Below the pieces are notes generated by a model that was not told the origin of the DNA, searched no databases, and saw only the letters and a list, made by a program, of their open reading frames with translations. A stretch of DNA of 64,000 bases from a virus (lineage: Duplodnaviria; Heunggongvirae; Uroviricota; Caudoviricetes), in IMG/VR virus record IMGVR_UViG_3300037466_001520; one strand, given 5' to 3'. Of this stretch, positions 36,219-45,146 are shown one piece after another (position 1 is the stretch's first letter; each line of letters opens with the position of its first letter). The position numbers and the translations under genes were made by a program.

Positions 36219-36689
36219 ATGGAAACCATCACGAGCCCCTCAGGGGACAAGCTCTCAGTAGATACCGGGATGATCGAACTCGACACACAGACCGCCGAGG
36301 TCACCTTCGAGCCCTCGGAGGAGGAACGCTTCGCCATCGTCGAGGCCCTCCTCGGGGACGCACCTCCGCTAGAGGAGGCGGTGGACGAGGACTTCGCGTC
36401 CATGGACACCGGACGCCTCAAGTTCATCGCGAAGGCGGCTGCGACCACGCTCAAGGAGCGCAGCGCCGAGATCCTCCGCAAGACCAAGGAGGAGGAGGAG
36501 AAGGCGCGCAAGCAGCATAGGGCAAGACTACGCCAGATCGCCCTGCTGGAGAAGGCGTACCTCGCCTCCCAGACGGGCCGTCGAGCCAACTCGACGCAGG
36601 CGAGCCAGAACATCGCCGCCAAGATGTACGACGGAGGCGCGCGCATCCCAGACCCAGAGGAAGGATCCCACGAGGTCAACCCAGTTTGA
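36219..36689 (+). CDS. hypothetical protein, probably leaderless
   Basis: TTGACA-18-TACCTT ends 6 nt before the ATG. Confidence 0.65.
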   Translation: METITSPSGDKLSVDTGMIELDTQTAEVTFEPSEEERFAIVEALLGDAPPLEEAVDEDFASMDTGRLKFIAKAAATTLKERSAEILRKTKEEEEKARKQHRARLRQIALLEKAYLASQTGRRANSTQASQNIAAKMYDGGARIPDPEEGSHEVNPV

Positions 36690-36749
36690 TCCCGGCCCGA
36701 GCATGGGTTAGGCTCCCAAGTGTAAAGCGACACTGAGGAGACAGAACCC

Positions 36750-37115
36750 ATGCACAACCAGCCCAAACCACAAGAGGCCCTCCCTGCCCAGCAGGAGGGC
36801 CTCTTCTACGTCGACGTCCGCTTCGGCTTCGACCCCGACCCGGAGCACCCCTGCCTACGCAGTGTCGAGACACTGAGGAACACGCTCCCCGACGACGAGC
36901 ACCGGCACAACACGGCCAGTTTCAGCTTCGAGGAGGGCGGGTACATACCGTCCGAGGATCTCTACTACGCGGTCGTGGACCCAGCCCCCTTCGACCCGAG
37001 CGAGATCCACGACCTGCTCTGCGACGTCGCCTTCCCGTCCAGCCCCGAGATCCGCGACCAAGCGTGGGACGCCATTGTCAAGCTGGTCAACGGCCCCGGA
37101 CCGCATATCCACTGA
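36750..37115 (+). CDS. hypothetical protein
   Basis: GAGGAG RBS. Confidence 0.65.
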   Translation: MHNQPKPQEALPAQQEGLFYVDVRFGFDPDPEHPCLRSVETLRNTLPDDEHRHNTASFSFEEGGYIPSEDLYYAVVDPAPFDPSEIHDLLCDVAFPSSPEIRDQAWDAIVKLVNGPGPHIH

Positions 37116-37326
37116 GATCCGCCGCCAAATCACACGGCTGGCATTACAACTCGCGCTGCCCGCTGTCAAGTCAAGCACCACTCGTTACACCCAGTGCAAA
37201 CTACTTGACGAGACACGCCGAGTACTTGTTTACCTCCGCGCGACTACGTGGTAGTGTTCCTTTACCGGCTCCGAAGGGAGCCTAACCAATCTAACCAGCT
37301 CCAGACAAACTCGGGGAAAAACGCTC

Positions 37327-37578
37327 ATGAACACTGCCTCCGTGCGCTCGATCCGTTGGGGGATCGCAGCCGCGAAAGAAGACCGCTCCACCTTCTATGG
37401 CTTCTACACGGGCGAGCACGCGCTCGACCTCTACAACGACTTCCTGACCGTGATGCCCAAGCTCATGTTCGACGGCGACGAACTCGCCGTCGAGGCCTAC
37501 AAACGCACCATCCGCAGCTACGTAGACCGCATGGCCGTGATCCTCGAAGACCTCGAAGACCTCTCCGAGTCTGTCTGA
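37327..37578 (+). CDS. hypothetical protein
   Basis: ORF with phage-like codon usage. Confidence 0.6.
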   Translation: MNTASVRSIRWGIAAAKEDRSTFYGFYTGEHALDLYNDFLTVMPKLMFDGDELAVEAYKRTIRSYVDRMAVILEDLEDLSESV

Positions 37579-37606
37579 CCATTTCCCAGACAGGAAGAAA
37601 CCAAAC

Positions 37607-38011
37607 ATGCAGATCGACATCACAGAAACTCACATCACGCTCACCATCCCCCGCGACGAGCTGCCCCCGACCTACGAGGACCGCGACAAGGGCGGATTCG
37701 GGGAGGTCCGACAGACCGGCCTCAACGTCGAGCCCAGCGCCCGCGCCGCGTACCGGAACATCGAGGCCCGGTTCCCCTTCCCGACCACGGAGGGGATCTG
37801 GAGCGACGGCTTCGCGGTCCTGACCAAGTCGGTCGTCGCCACCCACCTCGCGCACACCGAGGCCGAGGACCGCAAGGACACGCTCCTTCGGAACCAGCTC
37901 GCGGCGATGATCGAGGAGCACTCGGAGGGCGAGGTCGACCCGGCCAGCGTGATCGCCCAGCGGCTCATGGACGCCGGGGTCTACATCCTGCCCCCGGCCC
38001 CGATGTTCTGA
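37607..38011 (+). CDS. hypothetical protein
   Basis: AGGAAG RBS. Confidence 0.65.
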   Translation: MQIDITETHITLTIPRDELPPTYEDRDKGGFGEVRQTGLNVEPSARAAYRNIEARFPFPTTEGIWSDGFAVLTKSVVATHLAHTEAEDRKDTLLRNQLAAMIEEHSEGEVDPASVIAQRLMDAGVYILPPAPMF

Positions 38012-38243
38012 GGCCCGCCAACGCCCCACCCCCCTCTGACGAGGTACAATAAACACACCCAGTCGAGAGGAGGCCGGAAGTGGACACCCTGACCTACGTC
38101 ATCGTGGCAGTGCCCGTGTGCGCGATCTTTCTCCGGCTCCTCCGCAGGGACCTCCGGGACATCCGATCCCCCGAAGAGGACAACTCCAAACATACACAGA
38201 CGAACAGTTGACAAGGGGCTATCTTAGCGGATAGCCTCTTCTC

Positions 38244-38687
38244 ATGCCGAACCTACTGCTCGGGATCCTGATCGTCGGCGCTGGAGCGCTCCTCACAGGG
38301 TCCCTTACCCTCACCGCGACGATCACGAACCCGCTGCTGTTCTGGGGCGCGTTCGCGATCCTCTACGTCGCCACCGCGCGCCTCTCCTACGGCGTGGCGA
38401 AGCTGCGCCACCGCAGGGACGCCCACCTCATGCTCTCCCTCGTCGAGCAGACCGGCAGGGCCAGAGACCCCCACCCCGACAGCCACACCAGAGTCCTCGC
38501 GCCCCGCGACTTGACACTGGATAGCCTAGAGGATATATTAGGAACACCAACGCAGACCGCCCGCCACCGGCAGGCAGACAGGGAGGCACCAGATGCCAGA
38601 CGACAAGCGGAACGCCGACAAGCAGTGGAAGATCTACCAGCAGGTCAAGAGGGTCTTCTACTCCCCCGAGACCCAGAACGACCCTGA
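38244..38687 (+). CDS. membrane protein (2 TM); 3' end runs through the next promoter
   Basis: hydrophobic N-terminal half; end uncertain. Confidence 0.45.
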   Translation: MPNLLLGILIVGAGALLTGSLTLTATITNPLLFWGAFAILYVATARLSYGVAKLRHRRDAHLMLSLVEQTGRARDPHPDSHTRVLAPRDLTLDSLEDILGTPTQTARHRQADREAPDARRQAERRQAVEDLPAGQEGLLLPRDPERP

Positions 38688-39147
38688 CCTCGCCAAGAAC
38701 TGGGCGCTGATCGACGACTACATCGCCGACATGTCCTCCTACGACGTCTACGTCGAGGACAAGGAGGCCTACCTCCGCGACAACTACGGCGAGCGGCCCC
38801 GGGTCCCGCTCTCCATCCACCGGGACGACCTCAAGGACAAGGGCTTCCACTTCAAGCGCGACGGCCAAGTGCTCTTCAAGGGCCGACCGGCCTCCGACTA
38901 CGCCCCCGAGCCGCGCGAGAAGTCCTATACCGCAGGGCTCTACCGCAGGCTCCCGGACATCCTCGGCTCGGTCGCCGAGGAGGCCGTCCGGGACGAGGGC
39001 GGAGACCCGGTCGAGAAGCGCTTCGGGGCCTACACCGACGACGAGGCCCGCAAGAAGCTCGAAGTGTTCAACCAGAACAAGCACCGCAGCGGCATCCCCG
39101 ACGACCAGCGCTGGGTCCTGATGCCCAACCGGACGAAGGAGGCCTGA
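38593..39147 (+). CDS. hypothetical protein
   Basis: GGGAGG RBS; TTGACA-17-TATATT promoter near 38512. Confidence 0.75.
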   Translation: MPDDKRNADKQWKIYQQVKRVFYSPETQNDPDLAKNWALIDDYIADMSSYDVYVEDKEAYLRDNYGERPRVPLSIHRDDLKDKGFHFKRDGQVLFKGRPASDYAPEPREKSYTAGLYRRLPDILGSVAEEAVRDEGGDPVEKRFGAYTDDEARKKLEVFNQNKHRSGIPDDQRWVLMPNRTKEA

Positions 39148-39148
39148 G

Positions 39149-39409
39149 GTGGCCGTGAGCTGGCACATCACCGTCAAGCCCGAGAACGGAGAGCGCTTCG
39201 ACGACGCGGTCACCTTCGGCGTCATGGACGAGGTCGAGCATCTGGCGAAGCAGTTCGACCTCGGATCCAGACTCCGCACCCGTCGCCCTGAGGCCGGGAC
39301 CGCCATCCACGAGTACGAGCGCGGCACGGTCAAGGTCGTCCGGGAGAACTTCCAGACCCGCAAGAAGCGCTACGGCGTAGTCAACCGCTCCACCGGCCTG
39401 CGCGTCTAG
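39149..39409 (+). CDS. hypothetical protein
   Basis: GGAGG RBS, GTG start. Confidence 0.65.
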   Translation: MAVSWHITVKPENGERFDDAVTFGVMDEVEHLAKQFDLGSRLRTRRPEAGTAIHEYERGTVKVVRENFQTRKKRYGVVNRSTGLRV

Positions 39410-39417
39410 GAGGCACC

Positions 39418-39711
39418 ATGGCACGCAAGGCCCAGCTCAAGCGCGCGCTGGAGAGGATCGGGGCGTCGTGGGACGAGCGCCACGACTGCCTCGACTCCCC
39501 CGACTTCCACGTCTGGAAGTCCAACGGCAACCACTCCATCGCCCTCGTCTACGACGGCATGGAGGACGGCGAGAGGCGCTCCGACATCTACGAGCACTAC
39601 CTCGAAGAGGTACGGTTCGGCGTCGAGCCGTGCAACATCCCAGACTGCGACATGTGCGCAGAGCGGCTCGAAGAACTCCACAACCAACAGAAGGAAACAC
39701 CAACCGCATGA
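39418..39711 (+). CDS. hypothetical protein (C-terminal C..C..C)
   Basis: AGGAGG RBS; coupled to the Prs-like gene. Confidence 0.7.
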   Translation: MARKAQLKRALERIGASWDERHDCLDSPDFHVWKSNGNHSIALVYDGMEDGERRSDIYEHYLEEVRFGVEPCNIPDCDMCAERLEELHNQQKETPTA

Positions 39712-40622
39712 TCACGTTCAAGGCCATCGACTCCTCCGGGAGCCTGATCAAGTCCTCGCTGACCCCGTTCACCTACCCGGCTGGGGAGGCGCACACGAAG
39801 GTCGAGGACCGGCGCGACGTCGAAGAGACCGAGATCGCCATCCTGACAGCCTCCGCAGAGTCCATCCACGACGACCTGTTCCAGCTCGCGATGTGGGCCG
39901 ACTACATCTCCAACTACAACGAGCACTCGGTACGCCAGAGGGTCCGCAAGGTCGCGCTCATCCCCTACTTCCCGGGCGCACGGGCAGACCGGGGAGCCCC
40001 CTTCGGGCTCGCGGTCTACGCGAACTTCCTCGCGAACCTCATGCTGGACCAGATCGTGGTCTTCGACCCGCACTCTCCGGTGCTCTCCACCTTCACCTAC
40101 CCGACCGCGACGGTCCTGACGCCAGCCGAGGTGATCCAGTCAGCGCACCTCCCGCACTACGACGGGGTCATCGCCCCGGACAAGGGCGCTGTCGCGAGGG
40201 CCTCTGCCGTGGCCGACGTCCTCGGGCTCCCGCTCTACACTGCGGAGAAGGAGCGCAACTACCAGACCGGGAAGCTGGAGGGCTACACCTTCAACCTCCC
40301 TCCGCGCCACGAGGGCACCGTCCACGACGGGGCACGGCTGCTGGTCGTCGACGACATCTGCGACGGCGGAGGGACCTTCATCCTGCTCGCCGACGCCGTC
40401 CGGGATACCGGCCTCGACGTCACGCTGGACCTCTACGTCTCGCACCCGGTTTTCTCCGGCACGGCCCCGTCCTCGCTGCTGGACCGCTACGCCCAGATCT
40501 TCACGACCAACTCCTACGTCTACAACGAGCGCAAGGTCAACAGCCTCGACCGGGACCGGATCAACCACATCAACGTCACCGCTGCGATGCTGGGCAAGAT
40601 CTCCGCGAAGGTGGGCGCATGA
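39708..40622 (+). CDS. Prs-like ADPR-pyrophosphate synthetase (NARP1 Adps-like)
   Basis: 'YPAGEAH', 'LIPYFPGARADRG', 'VFDPHS', 'APDKGA', 'LLVVDDICDGGGTF', 'LYVSH..F'. Confidence 0.85.
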   Translation: MITFKAIDSSGSLIKSSLTPFTYPAGEAHTKVEDRRDVEETEIAILTASAESIHDDLFQLAMWADYISNYNEHSVRQRVRKVALIPYFPGARADRGAPFGLAVYANFLANLMLDQIVVFDPHSPVLSTFTYPTATVLTPAEVIQSAHLPHYDGVIAPDKGAVARASAVADVLGLPLYTAEKERNYQTGKLEGYTFNLPPRHEGTVHDGARLLVVDDICDGGGTFILLADAVRDTGLDVTLDLYVSHPVFSGTAPSSLLDRYAQIFTTNSYVYNERKVNSLDRDRINHINVTAAMLGKISAKVGA

Positions 40623-40753
40623 AGCTGACGACCGAGTGCGGCCAGCGCTGGTACTCTCTGCACAGTTGGCGGGTGTGCCAGCCGCGCTTCCGACGACTGC
40701 GCGACGTCGGGATCGCCTTCGGGCCGATCATGTTCTTCTGGAGGTGGAGCTGA
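40619..40753 (+). CDS. small hypothetical protein
   Basis: ATGA coupling. Confidence 0.45.
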   Translation: MKLTTECGQRWYSLHSWRVCQPRFRRLRDVGIAFGPIMFFWRWS

Positions 40754-40754
40754 C

Positions 40755-40973
40755 GTGGGCCGCAGGGGCTACACCATCATCACCTCCGGGACCGAGCCGC
40801 ACAGGTGCAGGCCGACTGCCATCGACACCGATCTGGAGTCCCTGCACGTCGGCGCGATCATCCGGTGCTGCTGCGGGCAGTATCACAAGCTGACCGTGAA
40901 GAACTGGTTCTTCGACAAGTGGGCGAAGATCACCGAGGACGAGGTGCAGTGGGCAGCAACCCCCGCCTCCTAG
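40755..40973 (+). CDS. small Cys/His protein
   Basis: 'HRC...GAIIRCCCGQ'. Confidence 0.55.
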   Translation: MGRRGYTIITSGTEPHRCRPTAIDTDLESLHVGAIIRCCCGQYHKLTVKNWFFDKWAKITEDEVQWAATPAS

Positions 40974-41380
40974 TCACCGGCTCTCGCGAGTGGGACAACT
41001 TCCCCTTCATCGAGAAGACGCTGGAGATTGCGCACCAGTACCTCGGACCCGGCACCGTCCTCGTCCACGGGGGCGCTCGCGGGGCGGACTCCATCGCCCG
41101 CTACCTCTGGGAGCGGCAGGGACTTCCCGCCGAGGTCCACCACACCTCGGACGAGGACTGGCGCAGGTTCGGTCGCAAGGCCGGGATGCTGCGCAACCAG
41201 CGCATGGTGGACCTCGGGGCGGACCTGTGCCTCGCCTTCTCCCGCAACGCCTCCTCGGGCACGGCTGGCTGCGCGCTCAAGGCCCGGATCGCCGGGATCA
41301 GGACGTTCCTGTTCGACTACGACACCGTCGACCTCGCAGGGACCCCCGACATCCGGGCGGCAGCCCTCCCGCCCCTCTGA
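40949..41380 (+). CDS. SLOG-superfamily (YspA/DUF2493-like) protein
   Basis: 'LLVTGSREW...LVHGGARGADSIA...W..FG.KAG.LRNQRMV...AF...SSGT'. Confidence 0.8.
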   Translation: MGSNPRLLVTGSREWDNFPFIEKTLEIAHQYLGPGTVLVHGGARGADSIARYLWERQGLPAEVHHTSDEDWRRFGRKAGMLRNQRMVDLGADLCLAFSRNASSGTAGCALKARIAGIRTFLFDYDTVDLAGTPDIRAAALPPL

Positions 41381-41417
41381 ATTGACAACTGTATATGCCA
41401 ACTCTTAGGATAGACAC

Positions 41418-43109
41418 ATGACAATCACTTACTCAGATCAGGATCGCCAAGACGCGACCGACTTCATGGCAGCGCTCCTCTCCTCGACCAAGAACGTCAA
41501 CAGCCGAAAGACGTTCAACGGCCAGAGCTTCAAGGACATCGCCCGCAGGGGGCTCCTCGCCATGGAGGAGGCGAAGATCGCCCCGCTCTTCCTCGCCGAC
41601 GCCTACAAGCTGGGCCACCGCGACCAGTACCCGGCTGGCATCACCAGTGTCTACTCGAACTTCACCAACCGGGGCTCCCGCATCGAGGGCGTCACCGACG
41701 TCGTCCACTTCGGCCTCCAGTACGCGCTCCAGAGGTACCTGACCGACATCTGGACCCCGTTCTTCGCCGCCGACGAGGACTCGGTCGCAGCCGCCTACGA
41801 GAAGCGCACGACCGAGATCCTCGGCCCGAACAGCATCGGCTCCCACCACATCCGCGCACTGCACCGCCTCGGCTACCTCCCGCTGCGCTTCTACGGTGCT
41901 CCGGAGGGGACGCTGATCCCGCTGCGCGTGCCGTCCTTCGCCTTCGAGAACACCCACCCGGACTTCTTCTGGCTGACCAACTACGTCGAGACGATCCTCT
42001 CGGCCTCGATCTGGCAGGCCTCCACCTCGGCGACCATCGCGCACCTGTACCGCAAGCTGCTCGACGTGGCCGCTGCCCGGACCTCCAGCACGCCCGAGGC
42101 CGTGGACTTCCAAGCCCACGACTTCTCCTTCCGGGGCATGTCCTCGCTGGAGTCCGCGCAGCTCTCCGGCGCGGCGCACCTCCTGTCCTTCAAGGGCACC
42201 GACACGCTCCCGGCGCTGAGCTGGATCGGCCAGTACTACCCGGGCGAGAACGGCTTCCTCGGGGGCTCCGTGCCCGCCACCGAGCACTCGGTGATGTGCG
42301 CGGGCATCGCGGAGATGGGCGAGCAGGACACCTTCGAGCGCCTGATGGACATCTACCCCTCCGGCATCGTCTCGATTGTCTCGGACACCGAGGACTTCTT
42401 CGCGGTCCTGACCAAGATCCTGCCCGCCCTCAAGGACAAGATCATGGCCCGCGACGGCAAGCTGGTCATCCGCCCCGACTCGGGCGACCCGGCAGACATC
42501 ATCTGCGGCAAGGCCAGCCGCTCGCTCACCACCGAGCGCCACCTCCGTGATGCGCTCCGGACCAACCCCTCGCTGGTGGACGAGTACCCGGAGGACTTCG
42601 GCGCTGTCGAGCTGCTCTGGAACCTCTTCGGCGGCACGGTCAACGACAAGGGCTTCAAGGAACTCGACCCGCACATCGGCCTGATCTACGGCGACTCGAT
42701 CACGCTTGAGCGCGCCGGGGACATCGCCACCCGCCTTGCGCGCAAGGGCTTCGCCTCGACCAACGTCGTCTTCGGCGTCGGCTCGTTCACCTACCAGTAC
42801 AACACCCGCGACACCTTCGGATCGGCGATCAAGGCGACTCAGGTCGTGGTCTACGGCGAGCCCCGGAACATCCAGAAGAACCCGAAGACCGACTCCGGGC
42901 TCAAGAAGTCCGCCACCGGTCGCCTCGCGGTCCTGCACAAGATGGACGGCATACCGTACCTGATCGAGAACGCCTCGAAGGTGCAGGAGGAGGCCTCGCT
43001 CCTCCAGCCGGTCTGGGAGAACGGGCGATTCCTCAAGCAGTACTCCTTCGCCGACGTCCGGGCGAACCTCGCCCGCACCGCAGCGATCCGGGAGCACGCC
43101 GGGGCATAG
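41418..43109 (+). CDS. Nampt-like nicotinamide ADPR-transferase (NARP1 Namat-like)
   Basis: 'DAYKLGH..QYP', 'HDFSFRG', 'GTDT', 'PATEHS', 'IRPDSGDP', 'IYGDSIT', 'FGVGS', 'TRDTFG...KAT', 'KKSATG'. Confidence 0.9.
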   Translation: MTITYSDQDRQDATDFMAALLSSTKNVNSRKTFNGQSFKDIARRGLLAMEEAKIAPLFLADAYKLGHRDQYPAGITSVYSNFTNRGSRIEGVTDVVHFGLQYALQRYLTDIWTPFFAADEDSVAAAYEKRTTEILGPNSIGSHHIRALHRLGYLPLRFYGAPEGTLIPLRVPSFAFENTHPDFFWLTNYVETILSASIWQASTSATIAHLYRKLLDVAAARTSSTPEAVDFQAHDFSFRGMSSLESAQLSGAAHLLSFKGTDTLPALSWIGQYYPGENGFLGGSVPATEHSVMCAGIAEMGEQDTFERLMDIYPSGIVSIVSDTEDFFAVLTKILPALKDKIMARDGKLVIRPDSGDPADIICGKASRSLTTERHLRDALRTNPSLVDEYPEDFGAVELLWNLFGGTVNDKGFKELDPHIGLIYGDSITLERAGDIATRLARKGFASTNVVFGVGSFTYQYNTRDTFGSAIKATQVVVYGEPRNIQKNPKTDSGLKKSATGRLAVLHKMDGIPYLIENASKVQEEASLLQPVWENGRFLKQYSFADVRANLARTAAIREHAGA

Positions 43110-43190
43110 CCTCCTAGGACTTCGAGTGGACAGCATATACAGAGTTTGATATGCTGTCCACATCGAAGTTCCAGACCAAAGGAGAGACCA

Positions 43191-43301
43191 ATGACCAAGA
43201 ACCTCAAGGACCAGCTCAAGCTCGGCGCAGCAGTCGTCGCGACGTCCCTCGCCGGGGCCTTCGCCTTCGACGTCCTGACCTACTGGGGGACGAACCGATG
43301 A
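43191..43301 (+). CDS. 36-aa membrane peptide, not in the ORF track
   Basis: AAAGGAGAG RBS; hydrophobic helix. Confidence 0.5.
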   Translation: MTKNLKDQLKLGAAVVATSLAGAFAFDVLTYWGTNR

Positions 43302-43426
43302 GACGCCGACCAATCCCGGTCTACATCGTCCCGGCACCGGGCAACGGCTGCGGCTGCTTCGCCTTAGCCTTCGTGATGATCGTGCTGGCCCTCACAGCGG
43401 TCCTCAACCTGTTCGGAGTACACTGA
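43298..43426 (+). CDS. small membrane protein ('GCGC')
   Basis: ATGA coupling; C-terminal TM. Confidence 0.5.
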   Translation: MRRRPIPVYIVPAPGNGCGCFALAFVMIVLALTAVLNLFGVH

Positions 43427-43429
43427 CGG

Positions 43430-44245
43430 ATGACACAGAACGTAGCGCTCAACCTGCACGGCGAGGTACTCTTCGCCGGGGACTGGCACGGCAGCTATCT
43501 CCAAGGCAAGCGCGCCATCGACCACGCGGCAGGGCAGGGCATCGCCACGGTCGTCCAGCTCGGCGACTTCGGGATCTGGGACAACGACAAGCCCTACCTG
43601 AACAAGCTGGACAAGCTGCTGCGCAGCCATAACATGATGCTCTTCTTCGTCGACGGCAATCACGAGGACTTCCCGAGGCTCTACGCCAAGCAGACCTTCG
43701 GGGTCGGCAGCCTCCGCCCGGTCAGAGATCACATCCACCACCTCCCGCGAGGGACCCGGGTCGACTGGGACGGCGTCTCCGTGCTGGCTATGGGCGGGGC
43801 GGCGAGCATCGACAAGAACCACCGACGCAAGGGCTACTCGTGGTGGGAGGAGGAGTTCATCACCCCGGAGCAGGCCGCTCACGCCATCGCCGGAGGACCC
43901 GCAGACATGATGTGGTGCCACGACTCCCCGGTCACCGCGCCGAACAGCGTCGTGGACGCCCCGAAGACCGGCTCCCGCCAGCTCGTCTTCCGTCCCGAGA
44001 TGGTTGCCTACAGCCTCTCCCACCGGGAGCGGCTGGCGGAGATCACCAACCAAGTGAAGCCCCGGATCCTGCTGCACGGCCACTACCACGCGCCGATGAG
44101 TGGGTACTACCGGCACGAGGGAGACCCCCGGGTCAACCTCATCCGTGGCCTCGACGAGGGCACGGCACCCGTGAGCGCCTCGACGCTCGCACTAACCCCA
44201 TCAAGTGTCAAAAGTCAAATTGAGACACTTGACACGATGCAGTAA
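43430..44245 (+). CDS. calcineurin-like metallophosphoesterase
   Basis: 'DWHG', 'GDFG', 'DGNHED', 'HD.P', 'HGHYH'. Confidence 0.85.
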   Translation: MTQNVALNLHGEVLFAGDWHGSYLQGKRAIDHAAGQGIATVVQLGDFGIWDNDKPYLNKLDKLLRSHNMMLFFVDGNHEDFPRLYAKQTFGVGSLRPVRDHIHHLPRGTRVDWDGVSVLAMGGAASIDKNHRRKGYSWWEEEFITPEQAAHAIAGGPADMMWCHDSPVTAPNSVVDAPKTGSRQLVFRPEMVAYSLSHRERLAEITNQVKPRILLHGHYHAPMSGYYRHEGDPRVNLIRGLDEGTAPVSASTLALTPSSVKSQIETLDTMQ

Positions 44246-44262
44246 AGTGATATGATAAGGCC

Positions 44263-44856
44263 ATGAAGACAACAGTACGAACCAAGAACAAGCTCCCCCG
44301 CCTCTCGCGGGAGACCGTGAACCTGCTCAAGGATCTGCGCGAGCAGGACGACAAGCAGCCCTTCTACGCCATGATCGTCTCCCTGCGCCGGAACCGCTGG
44401 CCCCTGCGCGCCATCGCTGAGGCGCTCGACGTCTCCCGGTCCATCGTGAACATCTGGGAGACCAAGCTGGAGGACAGGACAAAGGTCCCGGTCTCCGAGG
44501 AGGTCCCGCCCACCATCAACGAGCAGGTCAAACCGCTCTACTCGCGCTACACCATCGACATCGACGAGGGCGCTGAGCTGGCGAGGCTGACCCAGATCGC
44601 CGCGAACGTGCGCCGCTTCACCGACCCGCACGCACCCGCCCGACTCGCCGCCATCGAGCTTGAGGACCGCCTCCTCGTCCATCGCCGCGCCGGAGCCTCG
44701 CTCCAGCAGCTCGCCCTCGTCTGCAACGTCTCCCGGCGAGCCATCGCCCAGCGCCTTGAGAAGGCCGAGAAGCGCGAGAAGGAGCTGCTCAAGGCACAGG
44801 AAGAGGCACAGGAACAGCCTCAGGAGGAGACGGAGACGGAGAAGAGCGTTGCCTAG
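44263..44856 (+). CDS. protein with two HTH-like motifs
   Basis: 'WPLRAIAEALDVSRSIVNIW' and 'GASLQQLALVCNVSRRAIAQRL'. Confidence 0.65.
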   Translation: MKTTVRTKNKLPRLSRETVNLLKDLREQDDKQPFYAMIVSLRRNRWPLRAIAEALDVSRSIVNIWETKLEDRTKVPVSEEVPPTINEQVKPLYSRYTIDIDEGAELARLTQIAANVRRFTDPHAPARLAAIELEDRLLVHRRAGASLQQLALVCNVSRRAIAQRLEKAEKREKELLKAQEEAQEQPQEETETEKSVA

Positions 44857-45088
44857 CCCCATCCCCAACTACAGCCCACCGCCCGGAGCCGTAGAGCCCG
44901 GTCAGGGACAGGGAACCCTGACCGGCTGCGTGGCCTGCCTGCTCTCCGACGAGATCTACGCGCCCTCCGAGTTCGACATTGTGTATACCTACGACGGCTG
45001 TAGCTTCTGCGCGAAGCACGTGAAGCAGATCATTCAGTCCCAGTCGGAGCACAGGATCACCCTGCCGGGAGTGATCCTGCGTCCATAG
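44849..45088 (+). CDS. small Zn-binding protein
   Basis: TTG start; CVAC...CSFC..H. Confidence 0.5.
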   Translation: MPSPIPNYSPPPGAVEPGQGQGTLTGCVACLLSDEIYAPSEFDIVYTYDGCSFCAKHVKQIIQSQSEHRITLPGVILRP

Positions 45089-45146
45089 ACTGGACACTTT
45101 GTATGCTGTGGTAGAATTGCCGTGAAGACTTCCGGCAGGATTACCG

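Noticed and set aside
39708-43109. NARP2 or ordinary NMN salvage (Nampt + NMNAT)
   Set aside because: No HxGH nucleotidyltransferase in the window; the Prs-like partner fits NARP1 better, though an NMNAT elsewhere in the genome cannot be excluded.
41433-43337. 634-aa minus-strand ORF
   Set aside because: Shadow of the Nampt-like gene caused by high GC3; no RBS or recognisable motifs.
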